Shown here: piece after piece, positions 18,015-26,856 of the stretch | Layout of the letters: each line of letters begins with the position of its first letter | Position numbering within the stretch: the stretch's first letter is position 1 | Assembly (NCBI GenBank): GCA_965648935.1 | Contig: CBFGIY010000002.1 | Coordinates: 28,505 to 69,776 of the forward strand | DNA length: 41,272 nt | From: a candidate division WOR-3 bacterium | Lineage (GTDB): Bacteria > Hydrothermota > Tepidihabitantia > Tepidihabitantales > Tepidihabitantaceae | Direction of reading: 5' to 3' | Made by a program: the position numbers and the translations under genes | The notes under the pieces: generated by a model | The model's database searches: none | Told to the model about the DNA's origin: nothing | The model's input: only the letters and a program-made list of their open reading frames with translations

Positions 18015-19469
18015 ATGACCGCATCACGCGTCCTGACGCTCAAGTACCGTCCTGCTCGACTTGACGAACTGTGGGTTCAGGACCACGTGCGGGTAACGCT
18101 CAGCCGGGCGATTGAGAGCGGTCGGCTGGCAAACGCCTATCTCTTCACCGGGCCGCGCGGCGTCGGCAAGACCACCACCGCCCGGATCTTGGCCAAGAGC
18201 CTCAACTGCGCTCAGGGTCCAACTGTGACACCATGTGGCGTGTGCGCGTTCTGCGCAGAGATCGCCGCGTCACGGAACCTGGACGTCATGGAGATTGACG
18301 GCGCTTCAAATCGAGGCATCGAGCAGATCAGGGAGCTGCGAGAGAACATCCGGTACGCGCCGAGCGCCGCCCGTTTCAAGGTCTACATCATCGACGAAGT
18401 CCACATGCTGACCGAGCCTGCGTTCAACGCGCTGCTCAAGACGCTCGAGGAGCCGCCGGCGCATGCCAAATTCATCCTCGCTACCACCCACGCGCACGAC
18501 CTGCCGCAGACCATAGTTTCACGCTGCCAGCGATTCGACTTCCGCAAGGCAACTCCGAAGGAGATCAGCGACCGTCTCGCCTGGATGGCAGAAAGGGAAG
18601 GCATCAAGGCAACCGAAGCCGCGTTGCTGGCAATCGCCCGACGAGCAGACGGCGCCATACGAGATGCCGAAAGCATCCTTGACCAGCTGTCGGCTTTCAG
18701 ACCCGACGGTATCGGGATAGCAGATGTTGAAGAACTGCTCGGCGTCGTGCCAGCACGCCTGTACTCCGAATACGCAAGTCTCATCGCGCACGCGGACGAA
18801 GCCGGGCTGATGCGACTTGTCGCCGCTCTCTTCGAGGGCGGCTACGATCACGTTGAGTTCCTGCGCGGTGCGGTAGAGCACTACCGCAAGCTTCTGGCCC
18901 TGACCGTAGGTGGTCCAGAAGCTGTGGAGTCGCTGACGGCCGAGGAGGGCGTTCAGCTCCAGAGACAAGCGCGCGACTATTCCCGGGCAAGACTGCTTGC
19001 CGTGCTGGCAGAGCTGACGAACGCCGAAGATGCCGTCCGCCGGTCACAGATGCCACGTGTCCTGCTTGAGATCACCTCGCTGGAGCTGGCGGCCAAGTGC
19101 GCTGCCTCGCCTCCGCCTGCCGCAACCGGCAAGGTTACCATCTCATCTCGCCCCGCAGTTCCGGACTCCGATATCTGGGCGCAGCTCCGACTGAGAGTGA
19201 ATGAGCACCGCCCGATGCTCGCGAGCGCGCTTGACCTCGCCCAAGGAGCCGAATTCGTCGAGGGAACGCTGACCGTGCTCATACCCGCTCGCCACAAGGG
19301 CATCGCCTCCAAGATAGAAGCAGAGCGTGGCTTCCTTGAAGACCAACTCAAGGAACTGGCTGCGCGCCCGACCACGCTCAAGACCAGACTGACGACGACC
19401 TCCGGTCCTGACCCGGTTCGTGAACGAGTGAAGCGCATCTTCGGAGAAGTCGAGGAGCGCGACGGCTAG
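18015..19469 (+). CDS. dnaX: DNA polymerase III subunit gamma/tau
   Basis: GPRGVGKTT, EIDGASNRG, IIDEVHML, NALLKTLEEPP, SRCQRF. Confidence 0.96.
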   Translation: MTASRVLTLKYRPARLDELWVQDHVRVTLSRAIESGRLANAYLFTGPRGVGKTTTARILAKSLNCAQGPTVTPCGVCAFCAEIAASRNLDVMEIDGASNRGIEQIRELRENIRYAPSAARFKVYIIDEVHMLTEPAFNALLKTLEEPPAHAKFILATTHAHDLPQTIVSRCQRFDFRKATPKEISDRLAWMAEREGIKATEAALLAIARRADGAIRDAESILDQLSAFRPDGIGIADVEELLGVVPARLYSEYASLIAHADEAGLMRLVAALFEGGYDHVEFLRGAVEHYRKLLALTVGGPEAVESLTAEEGVQLQRQARDYSRARLLAVLAELTNAEDAVRRSQMPRVLLEITSLELAAKCAASPPPAATGKVTISSRPAVPDSDIWAQLRLRVNEHRPMLASALDLAQGAEFVEGTLTVLIPARHKGIASKIEAERGFLEDQLKELAARPTTLKTRLTTTSGPDPVRERVKRIFGEVEERDG

Positions 19470-19499
19470 CGCCGGCGCGACGATCGCCCCGGCCTGAGT

Positions 19500-20087
19500 A
19501 TGCACCACTCGCTCGACCAACTCATCAACGCAATCGTCAAGCTTCCCGGGTTCGGCCGCAAGTCGGCGCAGCGCGTCGCATTCTACCTGCTCAAGGAACC
19601 CCGGTTAGCCGATGAGATTACCAAGGCATTGGAGAGCGCACGATCATCGCTACGCACCTGTTCCCAGTGCTTTGGCCTGGCTGAAGGTGAGCTGTGTGAT
19701 GTCTGTGCCGACCCGCGTCGTGACCACGAAACACTCTGCGTTGTCGAGGAACCGTCCGACCTCCTTGCCTTCGAGCAGACCGCGCTTTTTCGTGGTGTCT
19801 ACCACGTACTGGGCGGCGTCCTTTCCCCAATCGACGGCGTCGGGCCCGGCGAGCTGCACATTGCCGAACTCGTTTCTCGCACCGCCAACGAAGGTGTGAA
19901 GGAAATCATCGTCGCAACCAGCGCAACCACTGAGGGAGAGGCTACCGCTGTCTACATCGCACGGACGCTCCGCAACAACGGAGTGAAAGTGACTCGCATC
20001 GCGCGTGGCCTGCCTGTTGGCGCAGACATCGAGCTGGCCGACCCGGAAACCATCGTCCGCTCGCTCGAGGACAGACGGGAAATCTGA
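19500..20087 (+). CDS. recR: Recombination mediator RecR
   Basis: HhH LPGFGRKSAQR, C4 zinc finger, YHVLGGVLSPIDG, TOPRIM EGEATA. Confidence 0.96.
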   Translation: MHHSLDQLINAIVKLPGFGRKSAQRVAFYLLKEPRLADEITKALESARSSLRTCSQCFGLAEGELCDVCADPRRDHETLCVVEEPSDLLAFEQTALFRGVYHVLGGVLSPIDGVGPGELHIAELVSRTANEGVKEIIVATSATTEGEATAVYIARTLRNNGVKVTRIARGLPVGADIELADPETIVRSLEDRREI

Positions 20088-20092
20088 ACACC

Positions 20093-20120
20093 TTGACTGG
20101 CTGTTACACCATCGTATGAT
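20093..20120 (+). promoter_or_regulatory. sigma70-like promoter for hpf-hprK-EIIA
   Basis: TTGACT-16 nt-TATGAT; SD GGAGG. Confidence 0.7.
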
Positions 20121-20138
20121 GAACCGACTGGAGGTCCC

Positions 20139-20459
20139 ATGAAGCTCAAAATCACCGGCCGACACACTGGAATCTCCGCCCACCTCAGGACCCATGTTGC
20201 TGAGAAAGTGTCCAAACTCGACCGCTTCAACGACCACATCATCGAGGGCGAGATAGTCCTCTCTCACGACAGCATCGACCACGTCGCCGAAGGCAAGGTC
20301 CACCTTGCGCATGCAACCCTCACGGCAAAGGGCAAGGGTGGCGATATGTACTCGGCCGTCAACGAGCTGGTCGACAAGCTCCTCGTCCAGCTGAAGCGAC
20401 ACGAAGGCAGGTTGCGTACGCGCAAGCGCACGCCGCCAAAGGCCAAGCCCGACAAGTGA
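20139..20459 (+). CDS. hpf: Ribosome hibernation promoting factor (short HPF/RaiA family)
   Basis: MKLKITGRH...EKVSKLDRF...DMYSAVNELVDKLLVQLKRH. Confidence 0.88.
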   Translation: MKLKITGRHTGISAHLRTHVAEKVSKLDRFNDHIIEGEIVLSHDSIDHVAEGKVHLAHATLTAKGKGGDMYSAVNELVDKLLVQLKRHEGRLRTRKRTPPKAKPDK

Positions 20460-21451
20460 TGCCTGCCGCACCAAAGCGCCTTACAGTAAACGAACTCCTG
20501 AAGGAGAAGGAAGAGGAGTGGGGCATCAAGCTTCTTGCCGGCAGTACCGGCATTGACGCCAGCCACCTTGTCACGAGCGACATCAATCGACCAGGTCTGG
20601 CCCTCGCCGGCTACACCGGGGTCTTCCTTGCGGAACGCGCTCAGATCATCGGCAGCACCGAGTTGTCGTACCTCGCAACGCTTAGCCCGGAAACGGCCGA
20701 CTCCGCAGTTCGGCGTCTGTTCAGTCTGCATCCGCCGTGCGTCATTGTCGCCAAGGACCTCGACCTCCCCGCTTCCTGGCTTGCGGAGGCGAACCGTGCC
20801 GCAGTACCGCTCATCCGCACGCCGATGGACACCACGCCGTTCATCCACGTTCTGTCGGCTTACCTCGACCATCGTCTGGCGCCCGAAGACTTCATAAACG
20901 GCGAACTTGTCGACGTCTTCGGCGTCGGTCTGCTGATCACCGGCGACTCCGGCATCGGCAAATCCGAGTGCGCCCTGGACCTGGTCGATCGAGGCCATCG
21001 CCTGGTTGCCGACGACCTGGTCAAGGTCCTACGGCGTGGCACCGGCATCCTGATGGGCTACTCCGCGGCTCGCACCCCGCTTCTGGCACATCACATCGAG
21101 ATTCGTGGGGTCGGCATTGTCGACGTCTACAGCCTCTACGGTGTCAGGGCAATCAGAGTCCAGAAGCGCATCGAAGTTGAGGTGAATCTCGTCCATTGGC
21201 GGCAAGGCATGGACTACGAACGGGTTGGAGTCGAGGAGCAGCTCTCGGAGATGCTGGGTGTCCGAATCCCCAAGGTCACAATTCCTGTCATCCCTGGCAA
21301 GAATCTGGCCCTGGTGCTTGAGGTCATTGCCAAGAACCACATCCTCAAGGTGTTCGGTTACCACCCGGCGAAGGCGTTCGACGACGAGCTGATGCGGATG
21401 ATGAGCAAATCACCCCGCATCGACCCATTCATTGCCAGTGACCAGGAGTGA
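20456..21451 (+). CDS. hprK: HPr(Ser) kinase/phosphorylase
   Basis: RPGLALAGY, GDSGIGKSECALDLVDRGHRLVADD, IEIRGVGIVDV. Confidence 0.95.
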   Translation: MMPAAPKRLTVNELLKEKEEEWGIKLLAGSTGIDASHLVTSDINRPGLALAGYTGVFLAERAQIIGSTELSYLATLSPETADSAVRRLFSLHPPCVIVAKDLDLPASWLAEANRAAVPLIRTPMDTTPFIHVLSAYLDHRLAPEDFINGELVDVFGVGLLITGDSGIGKSECALDLVDRGHRLVADDLVKVLRRGTGILMGYSAARTPLLAHHIEIRGVGIVDVYSLYGVRAIRVQKRIEVEVNLVHWRQGMDYERVGVEEQLSEMLGVRIPKVTIPVIPGKNLALVLEVIAKNHILKVFGYHPAKAFDDELMRMMSKSPRIDPFIASDQE

Positions 21452-21857
21452 CGCGCCCCGCCGCCATGCCGTGCACGGCATCATCGTCGGCCACGCCGGA
21501 CTTCCAGAGGCGTTGCTCGGCGCGGCTTCGGCAATCCTGGGCGAGATCGATGGCATTTCGACTCTGAGCAACAGCGGGCTATCGGCTGCAGAGCTTGAGG
21601 AACGGCTGGGGAAGCTTGTGAAGTGTCAGCCAGCGGAACGCTTCATCATCTTCGTCGACATGTTCGGATCAAGCTGCTCCACCGCCAGCATCAAGCTTCA
21701 GCAGAGACACCGCGAAGTAGCCGTGGTCTGCGGCGCTAACCTTCCGATGCTGATCAGGTTCGTTGGACACCGCGATCGCGACAGCTTTGACGAGCTAGTT
21801 GATCAGGTTCGCGCCGCCCGCGGCAGTGAGCCGCCAATACGGGCCGACCGTCAATAG
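21438..21857 (+). CDS. PTS mannose/fructose-type EIIA component
   Basis: IIVGH (phospho-His), FVDMFGSS, GANLPML; start uncertain (21432, 21438 or 21471). Confidence 0.78.
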   Translation: MTRSDAPRRHAVHGIIVGHAGLPEALLGAASAILGEIDGISTLSNSGLSAAELEERLGKLVKCQPAERFIIFVDMFGSSCSTASIKLQQRHREVAVVCGANLPMLIRFVGHRDRDSFDELVDQVRAARGSEPPIRADRQ

Positions 21858-21865
21858 CGCCAAAC

Positions 21866-24745
21866 CTAGCCGCCCAGCCTACGAGTCAGTGACCCGCTCC
21901 AGGCTTTACGGGCATCACCGACCGGAAGTCTGACGACCGGGCGACCGGCAAGACCTGATACCTGGATGACCCCACTGTCGTCGACTCTGCCGATCGAAGC
22001 ACAGGAAGAACCTGCGAGTGCACGCTCGAACGAACGCCGGTGTTTCTGATGAACCTCGCAGAGGAAGCGTGAATTGGATTCGCTGAAGAGAAGAAAGTCA
22101 TCGCGACGAAACCTGTGAGCGCCGGGTACCCGCTTCAGGGCTACGCGGCATCCAAATCCACCACCGATCGCCATCTCGGTGAGCGCAACACCCAACCCCC
22201 CTTCTGACAGGTCATGGCACGAAAGAACAAGGCCGTCTCGTATCGCCTTACCCAGAGCAGCCATGGTACGGCGGGCACGCCGGGCATCGACCTTGGGCAC
22301 GTCTCGCCCCAAACCCTGATGGATGCGGAAGTACTCGCTGCCGCCAAGCTCCACGTACGACTCGCCGATCAGGTAGACCACACTGCCTGCCGTCTTGAAG
22401 TCGCTGCCCAGCCCCGCACAGCCTGCGTCCTCGATAACGCTGAGGGCCGATATCAGCAGTGTGGGCGGTATTGGCAGCGACTCACCCGTCTCGGTCCTAA
22501 ACTCGTTGTAGAGCGAGTCCTTCCCGGAGATGAACGGCACCCTGAACGCCTTGGCCACATCGTAACAAGCATCGGCTGCGCGCACAAGGCCAGCCAGTTG
22601 TTCCGGCCGCTCTGGACTGCCCCAGCAGAAATTGTCCAGCAGCGCGGTTCGCTCGATGTCTCCCCCTGTGGCCACGCAGTTACGCAATGCCTCATCGATC
22701 GCCGAAGCCGCCATCCAGTACGGATCTATCAGACCGTAACGCGGACAGATTCCCGATGCTACCACGCAACCGCGCCGCGAGCCGGCGAGCGGCGTAACGA
22801 CGCATCCGTCACTTGGCCCGAGCTGGCCCCTGCCGCAGTATGGTTTGCCGATGGTTGCCGCTTGTACCTCATGATCATACTGGCGCGTGACCCACTCCTT
22901 GCTGGCGACATTGTGTGACTTCAGAAGCTTGATGAGCTGCTCGTTCAGGTCTAGGTTTAGTGGTACGGCGGGATCAGCGGTCTCTGGCCTGCGCCATTGA
23001 GCTGGACGCCGCACTCGGCGCCAACCGCGATGCAGGAACTTCATATCGATATCGGCAACACGGCGCCGGCCGTGCGACAGCCGCAGCCGGCCGTCGCCTG
23101 TGGTGCTTCCAATGACTGTCGCCTCAACGTCATGTCGCCGGGCGAGAGCCAGCAGTCGGTCGGCCTCCTCCGGTTGGACGAAAGCAACCATTCGCTCCTG
23201 AGACTCGGATATCCAGATCTCGGCCGGTGTCAGCCCGGAATACTTCAGCGGTACCCTGTCGAGCCAGACTTCGCAACCGGTCGTCTGCGCCAATTCGCCG
23301 ACTGCGCTCGATAGGCCGCCGCCGCCGCAGTCGGTGAGCGCACTGAGCAACCCGGCGTCTCGGGCCGCTATGATGAGGTCAGCCAGCTTCTTCTCTTCAA
23401 TCGGATTGCCTATCTGCACGGCCCCGCTGCCCAGAACTTCTGAGCGGTGATCTAGCGCCAGCGACGCGAAGGTGACGCCATGCACACCATCACGCCCTGT
23501 CCTGCCACCCAACAGGACTATCGATTGTCCTGCGCGGACATGCTTCTTGACCGCAGACCGTGGAATCAGCCCGAGTGTGCCACAGAATACGAGCGGGTTA
23601 CCCAGGTAGCCGGGGTCGAAGCAAACGGCACCATTGGCTGTGGGGATGCCCATCCGGTTGCCATAGTCTCGCACGCCTGCAACCACGCCCTTCATGACTC
23701 GACGTGGATGAAGCACACCTTTGGGTATGTCCTCCCTGCGCGTGTCCAGAGGAGCAAAGCAGAAGACATCCGTGTTTAGAATCGGCTTCGCACCGAGCCC
23801 CGTACCGAGGCAGTCCCTTATGACTCCGCCTATCCCGGTTGCCGCACCGCCGTATGGCTCGATTGCCGACGGGTGATTGTGCGTCTCAACCTTGAATGTC
23901 AGTGCGTAGCGCTCGTCGAAATCCACCACGCCGGAATTGTCGTGAAAAACCGACAGGCACCAGGGCATGGAAAGCTCTGATGTGACTCGGAAGATCGTCG
24001 ACTTGAGGAGGTTTTTAACGGTTCGGCCCGGCATGACGATGGTGCCGCGGAATGTCTTGTGCTGGCAGTGCTCAGACCAGGATTGGGCGAAGGTCTCGAG
24101 CTCCACGTCGGTCGGTTCGCGCCCCAGTGTGGCATAGTGTCGCTGAATCGCCTGCATCTCGGCGCCGCTCAGAGCCAGCATACGACGAGACGAGAGCTGC
24201 TCCAACGCTGCTTTGTCCAGTCCCGTGAGTCGAACGGTACGAACGCTGGCGCGTGGTCTGGGTTGTGCAACGAAGACCGGCTGGCCGTGCACCGCCAGCC
24301 GCTGAACGGCAGCGTTCATGAGAAGCTGGTCCACTAACAGCGACTTCTCCTGGCGAGAGAGCTCCTTCCTTCGGGCGTCGTCAAGCCGGAACCGATAAGT
24401 TGCGGCTACATGCACCTCGCAACCTCGATAGCCCATGTCGCTCACCGCGCGGATAATGCTATCAACGCTGGGCTCCATAACACCAGGGCGCGTCAGGACT
24501 TCGATTTCGCCCACATCCGGGCCCGTCTCTCCACCGTTGACTTCGACTCGATCCGTCACCGGGTCGGCAAGCAGCAATCGCGCTACCGACTGCGCCTCAT
24601 CGGACCCTATCGGACCAGAAAGGTAGTACACACGACCAACTGAGATACCGGCAATTCCTTCAACGCCCAGGTCATGGGCGTCCTTGAGAAGCGAGCGGCC
24701 CTCAGGGTCCGATATCCTTCGTCTTACAGCAATGCGCCAGATCAC
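21866..24745 (-). CDS. purL: Phosphoribosylformylglycinamidine synthase PurL with N-terminal PurS-like repeats and no glutaminase domain
   Basis: QSWSEHCQH, KVETHNHPSAIEPYGGAATGIGGVIRD, DCGGGG, SESQERM, QYDHEV, ISGKDSLYN, HDLSEGG. Confidence 0.95.
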   Translation of the reverse strand: MIWRIAVRRRISDPEGRSLLKDAHDLGVEGIAGISVGRVYYLSGPIGSDEAQSVARLLLADPVTDRVEVNGGETGPDVGEIEVLTRPGVMEPSVDSIIRAVSDMGYRGCEVHVAATYRFRLDDARRKELSRQEKSLLVDQLLMNAAVQRLAVHGQPVFVAQPRPRASVRTVRLTGLDKAALEQLSSRRMLALSGAEMQAIQRHYATLGREPTDVELETFAQSWSEHCQHKTFRGTIVMPGRTVKNLLKSTIFRVTSELSMPWCLSVFHDNSGVVDFDERYALTFKVETHNHPSAIEPYGGAATGIGGVIRDCLGTGLGAKPILNTDVFCFAPLDTRREDIPKGVLHPRRVMKGVVAGVRDYGNRMGIPTANGAVCFDPGYLGNPLVFCGTLGLIPRSAVKKHVRAGQSIVLLGGRTGRDGVHGVTFASLALDHRSEVLGSGAVQIGNPIEEKKLADLIIAARDAGLLSALTDCGGGGLSSAVGELAQTTGCEVWLDRVPLKYSGLTPAEIWISESQERMVAFVQPEEADRLLALARRHDVEATVIGSTTGDGRLRLSHGRRRVADIDMKFLHRGWRRVRRPAQWRRPETADPAVPLNLDLNEQLIKLLKSHNVASKEWVTRQYDHEVQAATIGKPYCGRGQLGPSDGCVVTPLAGSRRGCVVASGICPRYGLIDPYWMAASAIDEALRNCVATGGDIERTALLDNFCWGSPERPEQLAGLVRAADACYDVAKAFRVPFISGKDSLYNEFRTETGESLPIPPTLLISALSVIEDAGCAGLGSDFKTAGSVVYLIGESYVELGGSEYFRIHQGLGRDVPKVDARRARRTMAALGKAIRDGLVLSCHDLSEGGLGVALTEMAIGGGFGCRVALKRVPGAHRFRRDDFLLFSESNSRFLCEVHQKHRRSFERALAGSSCASIGRVDDSGVIQVSGLAGRPVVRLPVGDARKAWSGSLTRRLGG

Positions 24746-24752
24746 GAATCAG

Positions 24753-24780
24753 AAAATAGACGGGGTCAAGTGCAAGTCAA
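24753..24780 (-). promoter_or_regulatory. purL promoter (probably leaderless)
   Basis: TTGACT-16 nt-TATTTT, GTG 7 nt downstream. Confidence 0.55.
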
Positions 24781-24795
24781 GCACCAACGACGAGC

Positions 24796-25326
24796 CTAGT
24801 CACCGAGCAGCTGCCTCAACTGCGCGTCCAGTGAGTCCTCGTCGAAGGAGTCACCTGCCCCAAAACTGACCGTGGCCCGTTTCACGAAGTCACGCAGGAC
24901 ATCGTACTTGCGCTTCAGCTCGCGCCGTGCAGCGGCGCGCTCATCTGGGTGCCGGACTTCATCGAGACCGGAGGTCGCCCGGGCCAGATCATCCAGCAGA
25001 TCCTCGGATGCCGTCAGCAGAGAGTCAATCTCAGGCCGCCGGTCACCGGCTGACCAATGCTCGCGCGCCGCCCTGATCCTCCGCTGCAGCGTTGCGATCC
25101 TGCGCGACATGGATGCACGAAAGCCCCGCCATTCCTCTTCGGGTGACGGCCCGCCGAGCGTCAGGTTCGTCTCGACCCGAGTCACGCGATGTGTGTTGCT
25201 GACGATCACAAAGCCTGCGATTACGAGACCCGCGACTGCAGTGAGCCCAGCGAGAAACAGAAGCGCTGTGCGCCCCTTCGAGCGCGCCGGAGCGGTCGAG
25301 TCAGTTTCCTTCAGCCGGTCGCTCAT
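24796..25326 (-). CDS. Hypothetical single-TM protein with a helical/coiled-coil C-terminal part
   Basis: Hydrophobic segment ALLFLAGLTAVAGLVIAGFVIV followed by charged helices; fills the purL-tRNA gap; TTGACA upstream. Confidence 0.65.
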   Translation of the reverse strand: MSDRLKETDSTAPARSKGRTALLFLAGLTAVAGLVIAGFVIVSNTHRVTRVETNLTLGGPSPEEEWRGFRASMSRRIATLQRRIRAAREHWSAGDRRPEIDSLLTASEDLLDDLARATSGLDEVRHPDERAAARRELKRKYDVLRDFVKRATVSFGAGDSFDEDSLDAQLRQLLGD

Positions 25327-25382
25327 TCACCACAACTTCTAACCGAATGAGCGCGGCTGTCAACATATCCGAGACTAATCTG

Positions 25383-25410
25383 TTGACACGTGGCTGGAAT
25401 CGGCTTTAAT
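25383..25410 (+). promoter_or_regulatory. tRNA promoter
   Basis: TTGACA-16 nt-TTTAAT ending 10 nt before the tRNA. Confidence 0.6.
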
Positions 25411-25420
25411 TGAGTGTCAC

Positions 25421-25494
25421 TGCGGGGTGGAGCAGCCTGGAAGCTCGTGAGGCTCATAACCTCAAGGTCGCTGGTTCGAATCCAGCCCCCGCTA
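25421..25494 (+). tRNA. tRNA-Met(CAT), initiator type; CCA not encoded
   Basis: Cloverleaf very close to bacterial tRNA-fMet (GCGGGGTGGAGCAGCCTGG-AGCTCG, CTCATAA loop, GGTTCGAATCC) with unpaired 1:72 (U/U). Confidence 0.95.
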
Positions 25495-25625
25495 CTCCTC
25501 AACGTAAAGAACAGCACCTTCGGCAGACCCTCCACCTGAATTGCGTTTGGGTAAGTGGCGCCTTCGTTGGGGGACGTGCACGCCTGCACGCTGGAGGACA
25601 CAAAGAGCGCGTCGGACGGGGCGGG

Positions 25626-26249
25626 CTAGTAGCCCCACTCCTCCTGTATCGAAGCAGTGCGCCTGCATTCAGGGCACAGGATGCGGAGCGAAGCCGACCT
25701 GTATGGCATGACGTTATGCCGGACCAGAGGCGACTCCGCCGCCAGCCCAAGAGCGCGATACCGCGACAGGAACAAAGTCGGGTTCGCGCTGACCAGGTCG
25801 CCGACTCTCAGAGAAACCCAGTCAATGTGCGCCTTCGCCGCGAAGGGTTCCCCGCAACACTCGCACAGCGCAGCCTCACGCTCGACTGACGTCTCCCAGT
25901 CGCCCGCTCGTTCCGTCCGCGACGTATCAAATTCAGACGTGTGCGCGATCGCGTCGCCGACCGTGCAATACAGAACGCACTGCCCGCAGTAGATGCAACG
26001 CTCCGCGTGATGGATATTGCGCAATACGCCCTTCTCTCGATCCAGAATGATCTCGCGCGCCCGAGCAGGGCAAACGCGCGTGCAGGCGCCGCAGCATATG
26101 CACTTCTGCGCGTCGAACTTAAGCAGACCGCGGAAGTTGGGATGAACCGAATCGACCGCCGCCGGAAACTTCGTGGTGAAAGGGCCTCCGAACACGGCCC
26201 TCACAGCCTCGCCCAGTTCGCGCAGCTTTGGCAAGGGTATCCGCATCAC
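25626..26249 (-). CDS. Hydrogenase 2x[4Fe-4S] subunit (HycF/NuoI/MbhN-like)
   Basis: PFTTKFP, FRG, CICCGACTRVCP, CIYCGQCVLYC plus C-terminal CECC...CPECRR. Confidence 0.88.
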   Translation of the reverse strand: MMRIPLPKLRELGEAVRAVFGGPFTTKFPAAVDSVHPNFRGLLKFDAQKCICCGACTRVCPARAREIILDREKGVLRNIHHAERCIYCGQCVLYCTVGDAIAHTSEFDTSRTERAGDWETSVEREAALCECCGEPFAAKAHIDWVSLRVGDLVSANPTLFLSRYRALGLAAESPLVRHNVMPYRSASLRILCPECRRTASIQEEWGY

Positions 26250-26599
26250 TCGCCCTTTTCCAAAAGCGACTCGCCGCCGTGGTCATCGGTGAACTGGTCC
26301 TTAACCGTTCCCTTCCACAGCTTGACACCAAAAACGAGTGAGCCGCGCGCCAGGGCGTGTGCGGCAACTGGCACGGTGAACAGCACGAAGAGGGCGCACA
26401 CAAGCGCCTTGACTCCCAGTGCGGTCAGACCAGATAGCAGAAAGACGCCCAGCATGATACCGCACGTGCCGAGGGTGACGCACTTCGTCGCCGCCTGCAT
26501 GCGGTTGTAAAGGTCGGGAAAACGAACGAGTCCAAGACAGCCGAGCACAGTGAAGCCCACGCCGCCACACATGGCCAGCCAACCCAAGACACTAATCAT
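26246..26599 (-). CDS. Mrp antiporter subunit G (MnhG/MbhC-like)
   Basis: GLVRFPDLYNRMQAATKCVTLG and PVAAHALARG; start ATG 26599. Confidence 0.9.
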   Translation of the reverse strand: MISVLGWLAMCGGVGFTVLGCLGLVRFPDLYNRMQAATKCVTLGTCGIMLGVFLLSGLTALGVKALVCALFVLFTVPVAAHALARGSLVFGVKLWKGTVKDQFTDDHGGESLLEKGE

Positions 26600-26846
26600 C
26601 GAGGCTCCTTCCCTCAAGGTACTTCGCGAGAGCCAGCGCGCCAACGAAAGATATGATCGCCAAGGCAAGCGACAGGTCTATAAGGTAGGCAAGCCGATAG
26701 CGCAGCGCAAGCAGAGCGGTGATGCTCGTGAACAGCACAGCCATGATGTCCAGGGCGATCGCGCGGTCGGGAATGCTCGGTCCCTTGAGTGCCCGGTACA
26801 GGCAGAAGAAGGCGCCCAGAGTCAGGATTACGATCAGGACTTCCAT
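26592..26846 (-). CDS. Mrp antiporter subunit F (MnhF/MbhB-like)
   Basis: YRALKGPSIPDRAIALD...SFVGALALAKYL; start ATG 26846. Confidence 0.9.
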   Translation of the reverse strand: MEVLIVILTLGAFFCLYRALKGPSIPDRAIALDIMAVLFTSITALLALRYRLAYLIDLSLALAIISFVGALALAKYLEGRSLDD

Positions 26847-26856
26847 TGTCGCTCCA

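Noticed and set aside
17555..18043. ORFs across the SBP-dnaX gap
   Set aside because: The region is explained by the SRP RNA.
18015..19469. Programmed frameshift or slippage in dnaX
   Set aside because: No A-AAA-AAG or long poly-A tract was seen in the gene.
25323..25889. ORFs overlapping the tRNA
   Set aside because: They are translations of tRNA and intergenic sequence, with no motifs or RBS.
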